Part shown: positions 41,330 through 52,246 of the stretch, piece by piece | Layout: the number at the start of each line of letters is the position of its first letter | Position numbering within the stretch: position 1 is the first letter of the stretch | Source of the DNA: an uncultured Chloroflexia bacterium | GTDB lineage: Bacteria; Chloroflexota; Limnocylindria; Limnocylindrales; CSP1-4 | Assembly: GCA_963720755.1 (NCBI GenBank) | Contig: CAVRGP010000013.1 | Location: 229,512 to 293,511 of the forward strand | Reading direction: 5' to 3' | Length of the DNA: 64,000 bases | Notes under the pieces: generated by a model | The model's input: only the letters and a program-made list of their open reading frames with translations | Told to the model about the DNA's origin: nothing | Database searches by the model: none | Made by a program: the position numbers and the translations under genes

Positions 41330-42748
41330 ATGAGGACCTGGGGCGGCCGATTCAGCGGCGACAGTGACGCGCGGATGGCCGATTTCACGCGGTCGATCGA
41401 GCTCGACCAGGCGCTTGCCGCCGATGATCTGGCCGGCTCGATCGCCCACGTCCGCGGCCTTGGCCGGGCCGGGATCCTGAACGGCGACGAAGTCACCGCG
41501 CTGGTCGACGGCCTGACGGCGTTGGCCGAGGACGTCGCGGCCGGCCGGGTCACCTGGGATCCGGCGCTCGAGGACGTCCACATGAACCTCGAGGCGGCCC
41601 TCGCCGACAAGATCGGTCCGCTGGCCGGGCGGCTCCATACCGGGCGCTCTCGCAACGATCAGGTCGCCACGGACCTGCGTCTGTGGACCCGCCGGGCCAT
41701 CGACGAGCTGGACGTGGCGATCGTCGACTTCGAACGCGCGCTGGTCGACCTCGCTGAGCGGGAAGGATCGGCCGTCCTGCCCGGAACGACCCATATCCAG
41801 CCGGCCCAGCCGGTCCTGTTCGCCCACCACCTGCTCGCATACGTGGAGATGACCGAACGCGATCGAGGGCGGCTCGAGGATGCGCGGGCGCGGCTGAACG
41901 TCTCGCCCCTCGGTGCCGGGGCGCTGGCCGGCTCCGGCTACCCGATCGATCGCGAGGCCGTCGCCGAGGAGCTTGGCTTCGACGGGGTCACCGCGAACTC
42001 GCTCGATGCGGTGTCGGACCGGGATTTCGTCGTCGAGACGCTCGGGGCGATCGCGCTCGGGATGGTCCACCTCAGCCGCCTGGCCGAGGAGATCACCTGG
42101 TGGTCGAACCCGCGCTTCGGGTTCGTCCGGGTCGCCGACGCGTTCTCGACCGGCAGCTCGATGATGCCCAACAAGAAGAACCCGGATCCGGCCGAGCTCG
42201 TGCGCGGTCGGGCGGCCCGGGTCATCGGCGAGCTGACCGGCACGCTGACCCTGCTCAAGGGCCTGCCGCTGGCGTACCAGCGCGACCTCCAGGAGGACAA
42301 GGGCCCGCTGTTCGATGCGGTCGCCGTGTATGAAACTTCGCTCCGGGTCATGGCCGGGCTCGTCGGCACGATGACCATCGACGCCGGGCGGATGGCCGAA
42401 GCCGCCACCGAGGGATACACGACCGCGACCGCGGTGGCCGACGCGCTGGTTCGGAGGGGCGTGCCATTCCGAACCGCTCATCACATCGTGGGGTCGCTCG
42501 TGGCGCAGGCGGAAACGGCCGGGATCGGGCTGGACGAGGTCCCGGATGCCATGGTCGGGCTGGCCCTGGGGGCGAGCGGCGATCCCGCGGCGGCGGACCT
42601 GGCCGGGCAGGCCGACATCGGCGATGACCTCCGAGCCGCCGCATCGCTGGAAGGTGCGTTGGCCGCGTGCGACGTCGTCGGCGGCACCGCCCCGGACCGA
42701 GTGGCGGAGGCCCTGGCCAACGCTCGAGCGCGACTCGACCGGCCCTGA
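41330..42748 (+). CDS. argH: argininosuccinate lyase
   Basis: In-frame ATG at 41330 (MRTWGGRFSG). Fumarate-lyase signature GSSMMPNKKNPD. Confidence 0.9.
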   Translation: MRTWGGRFSGDSDARMADFTRSIELDQALAADDLAGSIAHVRGLGRAGILNGDEVTALVDGLTALAEDVAAGRVTWDPALEDVHMNLEAALADKIGPLAGRLHTGRSRNDQVATDLRLWTRRAIDELDVAIVDFERALVDLAEREGSAVLPGTTHIQPAQPVLFAHHLLAYVEMTERDRGRLEDARARLNVSPLGAGALAGSGYPIDREAVAEELGFDGVTANSLDAVSDRDFVVETLGAIALGMVHLSRLAEEITWWSNPRFGFVRVADAFSTGSSMMPNKKNPDPAELVRGRAARVIGELTGTLTLLKGLPLAYQRDLQEDKGPLFDAVAVYETSLRVMAGLVGTMTIDAGRMAEAATEGYTTATAVADALVRRGVPFRTAHHIVGSLVAQAETAGIGLDEVPDAMVGLALGASGDPAAADLAGQADIGDDLRAAASLEGALAACDVVGGTAPDRVAEALANARARLDRP

Positions 42749-42777
42749 ACCCGACCGAACCTGTTCGTCGAGCGGGT

Positions 42778-43681
42778 TCAGATCTCCGTCGTCGAGCAGA
42801 TCGCGACGTCGCGGACCAGGTGGGGGTCGCGCGCCCAGGCCGTTGCCACGATGACGTGGAACTGCGCGTCGGCGCGCCCATGCGGCGTCTCGATCGTGGG
42901 CAGCCACAGTGCGGGCAGGTCGGCGGCGAACGGGAACGCCTGGGCGCCACCGCCGAAGTCCCCGGGGCCGGCGAGCTGGCCGGCCCACAACGTCACCGTC
43001 TCCTTGCGGCCGCCCGAGACGGTGGCCTGGATCAGGACGCGAAGCTCGAGGCGGACTTCCTGGACCTTGCGCGACGCTCCCGACTCGACATCGAGCCGGC
43101 CACGGAACGGCGCCCCGACGCACAACGGCGACGGATCCAGCCAGATCGACCCGCGGATCCCATCGGCCTCGCCTTCGGCCGCCGCATAGAGCGCAAACTC
43201 GGCGACCGTGACCACGCCGGCCCGGAGGAGCGCGGTCGGCTGCAGGATGACGACCGGGATGGACACGCTCGGATCGAAACCGGGCACGTCCAGGTTCGCC
43301 TCGATCGTCCAATCGACGCTCAGCTCGGTCCCCTCGAAGGTGGCCGGGCCGAGCCCCGGGACCGGCATCTGGAACGGGAAGTCGCGGGTCTCGCCGGACA
43401 GCCAGCGTCAGCGGTCCGGTCACGGCGACCGGCACGCTGGGCAGGGCAGCCCGTCCAGTCCGGGTCTCCGAGTGGGGGCGTCCCTGGGCATCGGTCGTCG
43501 TGGTGTCGTATCGCCACGTCTCCTCCCCGGACAGGGTGACCCGGGCGCCGCGGATCGAACCGTTCGAGCGCGCTGCGATCCGGAGTCGTCCATCGACGAG
43601 ACGGCCCGGCAGCAGCCGATCGGTCTCGATCTCGAGGGTGAGATCGAAGTGGCCGGCACGGGTCGAGGTGGAAACAGTCAC
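42778..43681 (-). pseudogene. two-domain arrestin-fold/Spo0M-like protein, reading frame interrupted
   Basis: N-terminal about 95 codons (GTG 43681; ..LEIETDRLLPGRLVDGRLRIAA..VTGPLTL) lie in the frame of ORF 41276..43681. The remainder (..SGETRDFPFQMPVPGLGPATFEG..) lies in the frame of ORF 42778..43368. In that second frame a TGA at 43408-43410 bounds the junction, so a 1-nt frame change falls at about 43385-43407. Confidence 0.55.
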
Positions 43682-43686
43682 GGTGG

Positions 43687-44829
43687 ATGCATCATGGCAT
43701 GGCCGGTCGCGAGTACCATCGGGGCGTGCCGGAACTCGCGACCATCGTCAGGGCGCCCAAGGCGCTCCTCCACGACCACCTCGATGGCGGACTGCGCCCC
43801 GCTACTGTGGTCGACCTGGCGGCGGAGTATGGCTACGACGCGCTGCCGACGACCGATGTCGACGACCTGGCCGCCTGGTTCCGACGCGGTGCCGACCGCA
43901 AGAGCCTCGAGCTCTACCTCGAGACGTTCGCCCACACGTTCGGGGTCATGCAGTGGCCGGACGCGATCGCCCGGGTGGCCGCCGAGTGCGCGGAGGACCT
44001 GGCCGCGGACGGGGTCGTCTACGCCGAGGTCCGGATGGCCCCGGAGCTGTGCACGGAACAGGGTCTGACCCTCGACGAGGCCGTCGGGGCGATGCTGGAG
44101 GGCTTCCGCGTCGGCTCGGAGCGAGCGGCCGCGGCGGGCCACCCGATCGTCATGAAACTCCTGGTCACCGCGATGCGCCAGGCCGCACGTTCCGTCGAGG
44201 TGGCCGAGTGCGCCGTTCGCTGGCGAGACGCGGGTGTCGTCGGGTTCGATGTGGCGGGGCCGGAGAAGGGCTACCCGCCGACTCGCTATCTCGACGCGTT
44301 CGAATACATCCGTCGCGCCAACTTCCACATCACTGTCCACGCTGGCGAGTCGTTCGGGCTGCCATCGATCTGGGAGGCGATCCAGTTCGCCGGCGCCGAG
44401 CGTCTGGGCCACGGCGTCCGGATCGTCGACGACATCACGGTCCACCCGGACGGCTCGGTCGAGCTGGGCCGACTGGCCGCCTTCGTTCGCGACCGGCGGG
44501 TCCCGCTCGAGATGTGCCCGACCTCGAACGTCCATACCGGCGCAGCGGCGTCGGTCGCCGAACACCCGATCGACCTGCTCCGACGGCTCCGCTATCGGGT
44601 CACGGTCAACACGGACAACCGGCTGATGAGCGGCGTCTCGCTGTCGAGCGAGTTCGCGGCGCTCGACGCGGCCTTCGGGATCGGTCTCGGCGAGATGGAG
44701 TGGCTGACGATCAACGCGATGAAGAGCGCGTTCGCCCCGTTCGACGAGCGGCTTCGGATCATCAATGAAGTCGTGAAGCCGGGCTACGCCCACCTCCGGG
44801 CGGAGGAGTCCAGGGTCGTCGTCGGGTAA
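43687..44829 (+). CDS. add: adenosine deaminase
   Basis: [18 protein letters not shown] and NTDNRLMS motifs. Start is ATG 43687/43699 or GTG 43726. Confidence 0.9.
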   Translation: MHHGMAGREYHRGVPELATIVRAPKALLHDHLDGGLRPATVVDLAAEYGYDALPTTDVDDLAAWFRRGADRKSLELYLETFAHTFGVMQWPDAIARVAAECAEDLAADGVVYAEVRMAPELCTEQGLTLDEAVGAMLEGFRVGSERAAAAGHPIVMKLLVTAMRQAARSVEVAECAVRWRDAGVVGFDVAGPEKGYPPTRYLDAFEYIRRANFHITVHAGESFGLPSIWEAIQFAGAERLGHGVRIVDDITVHPDGSVELGRLAAFVRDRRVPLEMCPTSNVHTGAAASVAEHPIDLLRRLRYRVTVNTDNRLMSGVSLSSEFAALDAAFGIGLGEMEWLTINAMKSAFAPFDERLRIINEVVKPGYAHLRAEESRVVVG

Positions 44830-44854
44830 GGATCGGTCAGGGCGCGCTCGAGCC

Positions 44855-45724
44855 TTAGCCGAGCCCCAGCGCGTCGCGAATGTCGGGAGCGACCAGGGAG
44901 AGACCTAGCACCGTCGCGGCCACGAGACCCACGCTGCCAACGACACGTACGGAGGTCGGCGGTCGCTCGGCACCTCGGTACCGCAGGAGCCACCAGTACG
45001 TCGTGGCCAGGCCGGTGACGATCAGCGCGACCCCTGCCGGCCAGAGCGTCGATACGTAGGTCAGGGCGACCAAGGGCAGGACCAGGAACAGTCCGATGAC
45101 CGAGATGCCCGCGTAGACCGCGGCACCTCTGTCCCGGTCCGATTCGGGCCAAGGCAGGTGTCGGTCCAGCCAGGCCTCGACGAGCGCCATGGCCGGACCG
45201 ACCAGCCCGACGAGCGCGAGCAGCACGGCGACGACGAGCAAGTCGTGTCCCAGGATGATGAAGTCAGGATTGTCCGCCTCGATGAGACCGAAGCTGCCGA
45301 GTCCGATCGCGAGGGGGATCGCAGCGATGGCTCGCAGCGGCAGGCTCTCGGGCAGCCACGGCCGGACGGCGACCCAGATCGTGCCCACGAATACCCCGGC
45401 GAAGAGGCCGGCAGCCACCGTCAGGCCGAGACTGCCGCCGAGGGTGATGTCCCCGATCCGATTGCCGTTCTGCGTTGTTGACCCGACCGCATCGGGGACG
45501 ATCAGCGCGGCAAGACGCATCGCGACACGACCACCGAGCCCACCGACGACGATGCCGACCAGCAGGCCGGCCACCCCGCCAAGGGTGATGTCGCGGAAGA
45601 CCTTGCCGAGTGGCCAGACATCGACCTGCGCCACGTCCGACGATCCGGCCACGGATCCAACTGGTCCGGTCAAGGCGGGTGTCCCTCCGTACGGCGATAG
45701 CTCGGTGGTCGATATATACGACAT
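44855..45724 (-). CDS. polytopic membrane protein (hypothetical)
   Basis: 289-aa ORF with about 7 hydrophobic helices. No recognisable family motif. Confidence 0.55.
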   Translation of the reverse strand: MSYISTTELSPYGGTPALTGPVGSVAGSSDVAQVDVWPLGKVFRDITLGGVAGLLVGIVVGGLGGRVAMRLAALIVPDAVGSTTQNGNRIGDITLGGSLGLTVAAGLFAGVFVGTIWVAVRPWLPESLPLRAIAAIPLAIGLGSFGLIEADNPDFIILGHDLLVVAVLLALVGLVGPAMALVEAWLDRHLPWPESDRDRGAAVYAGISVIGLFLVLPLVALTYVSTLWPAGVALIVTGLATTYWWLLRYRGAERPPTSVRVVGSVGLVAATVLGLSLVAPDIRDALGLG

Positions 45725-45768
45725 CGACGGCCGACGTCAATAGGTCACGGCCGACCGCTCTGCGGCCG

Positions 45769-46995
45769 TCAAGCGGCCGGCAGCGCGACCACGAACCGGG
45801 ACGAGGCGAAGCCGTTGGGTTCCAGGAAGATCCGCCCGCCCATCGCGGTCATCAGCCGGCGGGCCGCGAACAGGCCGATCCCCGAGCCGCGCGACCGGCC
45901 GCGACCGTCGATCCGAACGAACGGCTCGAACACGCTCTCCCAGTCCTCCTTCGGCACGCCCGGGCCGTCGTCGGTCACGTAGACCTGGATCTCGTCGCCG
46001 ACCCGCCAAACGCCGATGCTCACGCCGTCGGCGCTCCGGGCGTACTTCGACTCGTTTTCGAGAAGCTGCTCGAGGACCTGGCGGAAGCGGGTCGCATCGC
46101 CGATCGCGGTCATCGATGCAGACGGGCGCTCCCATCGGATCGGGCGTGGACGGAGCAGCAGGCGGAGCGTATCGACCGTGTCATCGACCGCCTCGACCGC
46201 GTCGAACGGCGCTCGTGACAGTCCGGTCAGACCCTCGCCACGGACCGACACGAGGATCGAGTCGACGAGTCGATCGAGCCGACCGAGTTGGTCGGATGCG
46301 GCCACGCGCCACTCCTCGGACGCCGGTTCCGGGAGGTCCGCGGAGGCCGCCTCGGCCAACAGGTCGACGTAGACCCGGACGACCGACAGCGGCGTGCGCA
46401 GTTCGTGGGTCACGACGCTCAGCAACTCGGCCCGGGCGGCGTCGAGGGCGGTCAGCTCGACGAGCCGAGCCTCGACCTCCGCCGTCAATCGGCCCTTCTC
46501 GACGATCCCGGCCAGCAACGCGGCGATCGTCTGGAGGAGGGCGATCTCGTCGGGGTCGAATCGACGGACGTCGCGCGTCTGGACGTTGAGGACCCCGACC
46601 ACCTTGTCGTGCCAGACCAGGGGCACGGACAGCATGCCGGCGAGGGCCTCGACGTCGAATCCGCGGACCCAGGCGAAGCGTTCGTCCCTGGTCACGTCGT
46701 CGATCGCGATGGGCGCTCGCGCTGCGGCCACCCGGCCGGTGACCCCTTCACCCCAGGCCAGGCTGACCTTGCCGACCTGGTTGCGGTCCAGGCCGTTCGT
46801 CGCGGCGAGGGTCAGCCGCATCCCTTCGTGGTCGGCCAGGTAGAACGAGCAGACCTCGACGCTCATCGCCGCCGTCGTCGCGTCGACGATGTTGTGCATG
46901 AGCTCGTCCCAGTCACGGGCTTGTGTGGCGAGCTGGGCGATCTCGTGGAGGAACGCCAGTTCGGCGAGTCGGCGGTCGGGACCGGGGTCACTCAT
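45769..46995 (-). CDS. GAF-domain sensor histidine kinase (orphan)
   Basis: N-terminal GAF. HisKA H-box VVTHELRTPLSVV. HATPase N/G boxes (LLENESKYA, DDGPGV, GSGIGLFAARRL). No response regulator nearby. Confidence 0.85.
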   Translation of the reverse strand: MSDPGPDRRLAELAFLHEIAQLATQARDWDELMHNIVDATTAAMSVEVCSFYLADHEGMRLTLAATNGLDRNQVGKVSLAWGEGVTGRVAAARAPIAIDDVTRDERFAWVRGFDVEALAGMLSVPLVWHDKVVGVLNVQTRDVRRFDPDEIALLQTIAALLAGIVEKGRLTAEVEARLVELTALDAARAELLSVVTHELRTPLSVVRVYVDLLAEAASADLPEPASEEWRVAASDQLGRLDRLVDSILVSVRGEGLTGLSRAPFDAVEAVDDTVDTLRLLLRPRPIRWERPSASMTAIGDATRFRQVLEQLLENESKYARSADGVSIGVWRVGDEIQVYVTDDGPGVPKEDWESVFEPFVRIDGRGRSRGSGIGLFAARRLMTAMGGRIFLEPNGFASSRFVVALPAA

Positions 46996-47022
46996 CGGAG
47001 GTCGGGGCCGCGGCCGCGGGCC

Positions 47023-47682
47023 TCAGCCGGCCGAGAGCGACGCCATCTCGTCGCGGAGCGCGATCAGGTCGGGATCCTCGGCGGCGAATGTGCGGAGGTC
47101 CTCGCGCAGGGGCAGGCACTGCCGGAGGAGCGTCCGAGCCCGATCCAGCTGGCCCGCCACCGAGTAGAAGCAGGCGAGGTTGTAGCGGGCGTAGTTGATC
47201 GGCCGGTCCGGCCAGTCGTGGCCAGCCAGGATGTCCTCGATCGCGGCCGCCAATTCGAAGATACGATCCGTGGCCCCGACCGATGCGGCGATCGGTGGCA
47301 GGTGGGTGAGGGCATGTTCGGACCCGTTGCCCATGATCGAGCCGCTGACCCGGTCGATCGCGATCGTCTCGTCACTGGCCAGCTCGATCTCGGCGACCAG
47401 GTCCTCGGCCGTGGCATCGGCGTCCGCGACCACTTCGGCCCACGTGGCATCGGCCCGTTCGGCCTGGTAGATCGCGTTGATCTCGTCCGTCTCGAGCTGG
47501 ATCTCCGGCGCATCGCGACCCTCGCGCATCGCCTCGAGGCGCCCGATCTGGGTCCGCTTCCAGGCCGACAGGTGCGACTGGACGTCCTTGGGCGACCAGC
47601 CGCCGTCGGGCGCAGGCGTCTCGCGGTCGGTCGGCGCGACGGCCCCGAACACGTCGCGTTCGGCGTCGCGGCTCGCGCGCAA
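47023..47682 (-). CDS. hypothetical protein (DinB/ClbS-like helical N-terminal region, TPR-like C-terminal region)
   Basis: ORF 47023..47682(-), TTG start as listed. The same frame stays open and protein-like upstream (..SADLRAGLIDAL..). A possible ATG at 47749 is one frame off across a G6/C6 run at 47724-47729. Confidence 0.45.
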   Translation of the reverse strand: MRASRDAERDVFGAVAPTDRETPAPDGGWSPKDVQSHLSAWKRTQIGRLEAMREGRDAPEIQLETDEINAIYQAERADATWAEVVADADATAEDLVAEIELASDETIAIDRVSGSIMGNGSEHALTHLPPIAASVGATDRIFELAAAIEDILAGHDWPDRPINYARYNLACFYSVAGQLDRARTLLRQCLPLREDLRTFAAEDPDLIALRDEMASLSAG

Positions 47683-47802
47683 GGCGTCGATCAGGCCGGC
47701 ACGCAGGTCGGCGGATCCGGGGAGGGGGGATCGGTTGTCGGCTCGTCATGGGCGCCATCGTACGTGCTCGGGACAGTCGCTACCGGGCGACGGGGTCAGG
47801 GT

Positions 47803-47858
47803 GGCCCGCCTCGCCTGGTCCGCGTTGGCCCGCCTCGCCCGCGACGGCCCGCCTCGCC
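47803..47858. repeat. three copies of 13-mer GGCCCGCCTCGCC
   Basis: Exact copies at 47803-47815, 47827-47839 and 47846-47858 in the non-coding gap. Confidence 0.9.
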
Positions 47859-48112
47859 CGAGGCCCTTGACCGCGGCCCTGACCCGGCAGGATTCTCATC
47901 CACAGAACGTTATGCCGAGAAGAGGCCGCGATTCAGTCGTGGTTCGACACGTCCAGGCATGGTTCGACCGCGACCTGAGCGTGGGCGGTCGTTCGAGGTG
48001 CCCCAGAGCGTGGCCGAGCCCGCGGCGAATCTGCCATTACGTTCCCCCGAGGAAAATCTTGCCAGGTGTGGCGGTTCTGCCGGCTGCCGGGCCCGATTTC
48101 GGCCGCCTCGGC

Positions 48113-48271
48113 CCCCCCGGCCGCGCTCCCTGGTCTGTGCCCAAACCTCGGTCGGAGCCGCGGGACCCCGGCCCTAGGCCCCCGGCCCGGACCCCGGCCC
48201 AGGCCCCCGGCCGCGCCTGGTCTGTGCCCGAAACTCGGTCGGAGCCGCGCCGGCCCTTCCGTAACCCTAGA
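48113..48271. repeat. direct repeat of about 60 nt (2 copies) just downstream of argG
   Basis: ccccggccgcg(ctc)cctggtctgtgccc(a/g)aa(c/a)ctcggtcggagccgcg.. at about 48113-48177 and about 48205-48271. Confidence 0.8.
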
Positions 48272-49551
48272 CCGCGGCCCCCTCTGGGTCCGTGACGGTG
48301 GTCGGCAGCGTCTCGAGGAGGGGATCGGTCCAGGTCCAGGCGGCGCCGTGGTGCTTGCCGACGGCGCCGTGCCGGGCGGCCTCGACCCGCAGCGGCAGGC
48401 CGAAGATCTCGATGAACCCGACCGCAGACGCGTGGTCGAAGGCATCGCCCTCGTCGTAGGTGGCGAGACTCTTGTCGTACAGCGACATCGGCGACCGCCG
48501 CCCGACGACCACGGCCGAACCGTGATCGAGACGCATCCGAACCTCGCCGGAGACGACCCGCTGCGACGACGCGACGTAGGCCCGCAGGTCGCGCGACAGG
48601 GCGCTGAACCACAGGCCGTCGTAGATGAGGCGGGCCAGCTCGTCGGCGACGAAGCCGTTGAACCGCAGCGTGTCGCGGCTCAGGGTCAGCCCCTCGAGGG
48701 CGCGATGGGCCGTGTGCAGGATCGTCGCGGCCGGGGTCTCGTAGATCTCGCGGCTCTTGATCCCGACCAGGCGGTCCTCGACGTGATCGACCCGGCCGAC
48801 CCCGTGCGCGCCACCGAGCGCATGCAGCCGCTCGACGAGGTCCACGGATCCGAGCCGCTCGCCATCGAGCGCCACCGGGACGCCGCCCTTCGAAGTCGAT
48901 GACGATCTCGACCGGCGCCGGCGCATCGGCCGGGGCGACCGTCCACTCGTAGGCATCGGCCGGCGGGGTGACCCACGGGTCCTCGAGCACCCCCGTCTCG
49001 CACGAGCGGCCCCACAGGTTGACGTCGATGGAGTAGGGGGAGGCCTTGGTGATCGGGATCTCGATCCCGCGTTCGATGGCGTAGTCGATCTCCTGGTCGC
49101 GGGTCAGGCCCATCCCGACCCGCATCGGGGCGACGACCTCCAGCCCCGGATCGAGGGCGTGGGTGGCGACATCGAACCGGACCTGGTCGTTGCCCTTGCC
49201 CGTGCAGCCATGGGCGACCGCGTCGGCGCCCTCACGCTTCGCGACCTCGACGAGGAGCTGCGCGATGAGCGGCCGGGCGAGGGCGGTGGCCAGCGGGTAC
49301 GCGCCCTGGTAGAGGGCGTTGGCCTGGAGATGCGGCCAGACGTAGTCGGTCACGAAGCGCTCGCGGGCATCGACCACGTAGGCCCGGGTCGCGCCGGCGG
49401 CCATCGCCCGGGCTTCGACGCCGGGTCGGAGCGAGCCGCCACCGAGATCGACCGTCAGGGTCACCACTTCGGCCCCGAACTGTTCCTTGAGCCAGGCGAC
49501 GGCGACCGAGGTATCGAGACCGCCGGAATACGCGAGGACGACCTTGTTCAC
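48267..49551 (-). pseudogene. argG: argininosuccinate synthase, reading frame interrupted once
   Basis: N-terminal part (GTG 49551; AYSGGLDTS, GCTGKGNDQVRF) is in the frame of ORF 48037..49551 up to ..VEIVIDFEG. The continuation GVPVALDGERL..GIKSREIYE.. is in the frame of ORF 48267..48956. The junction gaaGGGcggcgtc near 48885 looks like one extra G. Confidence 0.85.
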
Positions 49552-49558
49552 GGGTTGC

Positions 49559-50053
49559 TCAACCTCCGGAGCGTGCCTGGATGGCCCTGAACCGTTCGAG
49601 CCAGCGCTCGAGGCGCGACTCGTCGGCGAACAGGACGAGGAGGGTATTGTCGCCCGCCAGCGTCCCCTCCTGCTCGTGCAGTGTCGATTCGTCGATCGCC
49701 TGGGCGATGACGCTGGCAGTCCCGGGCGTCCCGGTCAGCACGACGGTGAGCCCGCTCCGGCCGATCCGGACCGGGATATCCGAGAGGATCCGCTCGAGCC
49801 GCAGGTCGGACGCGGGGCCACCGTTGGTCGCGACCCGTTCCGGGGTGACGTAGACATGGCCGTCGGCGCCGGGCGCCTTGACCAGGCCGAGCTCGGTGAT
49901 GTCGCGCGAGACGGTCGCCTGGGTGACCTCGAAGCCCTGGGCGCTGAGGGCATCGACGACCTCGCGCTGGCTGCTCACCGGTCGTGTCGCGACGAGCTCG
50001 CGGATCGCGCGTTGGCGGAGCTGCTTGGTGTCGTGGCCGGCCTGGATGGTCAT
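49559..50053 (-). CDS. argR: arginine repressor
   Basis: Last 164 codons of ORF 49559..50713(-). Winged-helix QREVVDALSAQGFEVTQATVSRDITELGLVK and a C-terminal oligomerisation/Arg-binding domain (GTLAGDNTLLV). Confidence 0.85.
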   Translation of the reverse strand: MTIQAGHDTKQLRQRAIRELVATRPVSSQREVVDALSAQGFEVTQATVSRDITELGLVKAPGADGHVYVTPERVATNGGPASDLRLERILSDIPVRIGRSGLTVVLTGTPGTASVIAQAIDESTLHEQEGTLAGDNTLLVLFADESRLERWLERFRAIQARSGG

Positions 50054-50058
50054 CGCGG

Positions 50059-50847
50059 TCACGCGGCGCCGGCTCGGGCGTGGCTGTCGGCGGTGATCCG
50101 GGTCCCGAAGCTGGGGTCGGTGAGGGCCCGGTGGAGGGCGTCCGGCGCGGCGGCGTCCGCGATGATCGCCTCGGCACCGCTCCAGCCGAGGGCACTCAGC
50201 GCGGCCCGGACCTTGGGGACCATGCCGCCGCCGATGACCCCGGATTCGATCAGCGCCTCGGCCTCGGCCGCGGTGATGGCGTCGAGCCGGTTGCCCGCGG
50301 CATCGCGCACGCCATCGACATCGGTCAGCAGGACGAGTTGACGGGCACCGATCCCGGCCGCGATCCCGGCCGCGGCATCGTCCGCGTTGACGTTGCAGAC
50401 GATCCCGTCCGCATCCCGGGCGAGCGGCGCGACGACCGGCACCTGGCCACCGACGAGGATCGAATCGAGGAGATCCCGGCGCAGGCCGACGACCGAGGCC
50501 ACGAGACCGAGGTGAGGGATCCGCTCGGCGACGAGCAGGCCGCCATCGACCCCGGACAGGCCGACGGCATCGACCCCGAGATCGCGCAGGCCGGACACGA
50601 GTTCGCTGTTGACCACGCCCCGGAGGACCGCGGCGGCCACTTCGAGCGACTGGGCATCGGTGACCCGCAGGCCGCCCTCGAACGTGCTCGGGACCCCGAG
50701 TCGCTCGAGCCATTCGGTGACGCGCTTGCCGCCGCCATGCACCAGGACCACGGGACGCCGACGCGAGACCGCGGCCACTTCCGTGAGGACCTGGCGCTGG
50801 TCGGCGATGGTCGTGCCGCCCAGCTTGACGACGAGGATCTCAGACAT
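50059..50847 (-). CDS. argB: acetylglutamate kinase
   Basis: 262 aa. VVKLGGT, VLVHGGG, NVNADDAA and GGMVPK motifs. Confidence 0.9.
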   Translation of the reverse strand: MSEILVVKLGGTTIADQRQVLTEVAAVSRRRPVVLVHGGGKRVTEWLERLGVPSTFEGGLRVTDAQSLEVAAAVLRGVVNSELVSGLRDLGVDAVGLSGVDGGLLVAERIPHLGLVASVVGLRRDLLDSILVGGQVPVVAPLARDADGIVCNVNADDAAAGIAAGIGARQLVLLTDVDGVRDAAGNRLDAITAAEAEALIESGVIGGGMVPKVRAALSALGWSGAEAIIADAAAPDALHRALTDPSFGTRITADSHARAGAA

Positions 50848-50865
50848 GGTCCTGCCCCGGCCCTC

Positions 50866-52246
50866 TCATGTGGTGTACTCGCTGTTCTCGATGACGTAGG
50901 CCTCGGTCAGGTCGCACCCGAACGCCTCGCCCCGACCGGTGCCGAGACCCAGGTCCAGGCCGAACACGACCTCCGGGGCGTCCATCGCGGCGCGGGCCGC
51001 GGCTCGATCGAAGGTGACCGGGCCACCCTGGCTGCCATCGAACACGAGGTGGCCGGCGATCGAGACGCGCAGCCTCGAGGCGTCGATCTCAGCGTGCGTG
51101 CCGGCACGGGCCGTGGCCTCGGTGGTGGACAGGCCGCCGGCCTCGAGCACGGCCGCCGTCGCGAGTCGGGCGTTGCCGGCGGCACCGGCCAGGCGGCCCC
51201 AGTTCGGGTCGCGACCGTGGACCGCGGCCTTGACCAGGCTGGACGAAACGATCGCGCGGGCGACGGCCCTGGCCTCGGCATCGTCCCGGGCGCCCGTGAC
51301 CGCGGCCGTGATCAGGATGCTGGCACCTTCCCCGTCCGCGGCCTGCTGTCGGGCAAGGTCGCGGGCGATGGCCTCGATCGCGGCCCCGAGACGGTCGGCC
51401 GCCTCGGAGCCTGGATCCGCGGTCGCGGCCCCGGCGGCACCCGAGGCGAGGACGAAGACCGTGTCGTTCGTGCTCGTGTCGCCATCGATCGAGAGCTGGT
51501 CCCAGGTCCGGGCCGCAGCAGGTCGGAGCAGGCCCCACAGCGTCTCGGGCGCCACCGACGCATCGGTCAGCACGATCGACAGCATCGTGGCCATCATCGG
51601 GTGGATCATCCCGACGCCCTTGGCGATGCCGCTGACGGTGACCGTGACCGGCCGGCCGTCGGGGTCGGGGAGCTCGATCGTGGTCGTCGCGACCTTGGTC
51701 GTGGAGTCGGTCGTGCGCAGGGCCTGCGCCGCGGACTCGAGTCCATCGCCCGCCGTCGTCAAGGTCGGAACGAGGGCGGTGAGGCCGGCCTGGACCTTGT
51801 CGAGGGGCAGCCGGATGCCGATGATCCCGGTCGACAGGAGGAGCGTCCGCTCGATCGCGACGTCGGTGGCCGCGGCCAGCATCGCGGCGACGTCGAGCTG
51901 GTCCGCATCGCCGGCAGGGCCGGTCGCTGCGTTCGCCGAGCCACTGGTCGAGATGATCGCCTCGGCCCAGCCGAAGCGGCCCCGCTCGTCACCGGATGTG
52001 GTGGCGAGATGCGCCTGGGACAGCCGGACGGGCGCGGCCGCGAACGTGTTCGGGGTGAAGACCGCTGCCGCGGCGGCGGGGCCCGAGGTCGTGGTGACGA
52101 CGGCCAGGTCCGGCCGGCCGGACTTCTTGATCCCGGACGCCAGGCCACCGGCGCGGAACCCGAGCGGGATGACGCTCTCGCGCGCGACCTCGGGGAGGTC
52201 GGTCGCCGAGCCGGTCCCTGTCGCCGCGGCGCGTCATCGTCGTCAT
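50866..52246 (-). pseudogene. argJ: bifunctional ornithine acetyltransferase/N-acetylglutamate synthase, start region out of frame
   Basis: The homologous frame is open from the TGA at 52234-52236 (..DLPEVARESVIPLGFRAGGLASGIKKSGRPDL..). It has no ATG/GTG/TTG before Met 51882, which is 117 codons in. The only plausible start, ATG 52246 (ATGA overlap with the argC stop), is in another frame. Autocleavage site ATMLS and C-terminal ENSEYTT are present. Confidence 0.8.

Noticed and set aside
47937-47975. GGTTCGA-containing segments (tcgtGGTTCGAcacg and catGGTTCGAccg) resemble tRNA T-loops in the non-coding gap.
   Set aside because: There is no 7-nt T-loop closed by a 5-bp stem, and no acceptor, D or anticodon arms can be built around either motif. 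This is not a tRNA or a tRNA fragment that I can support.
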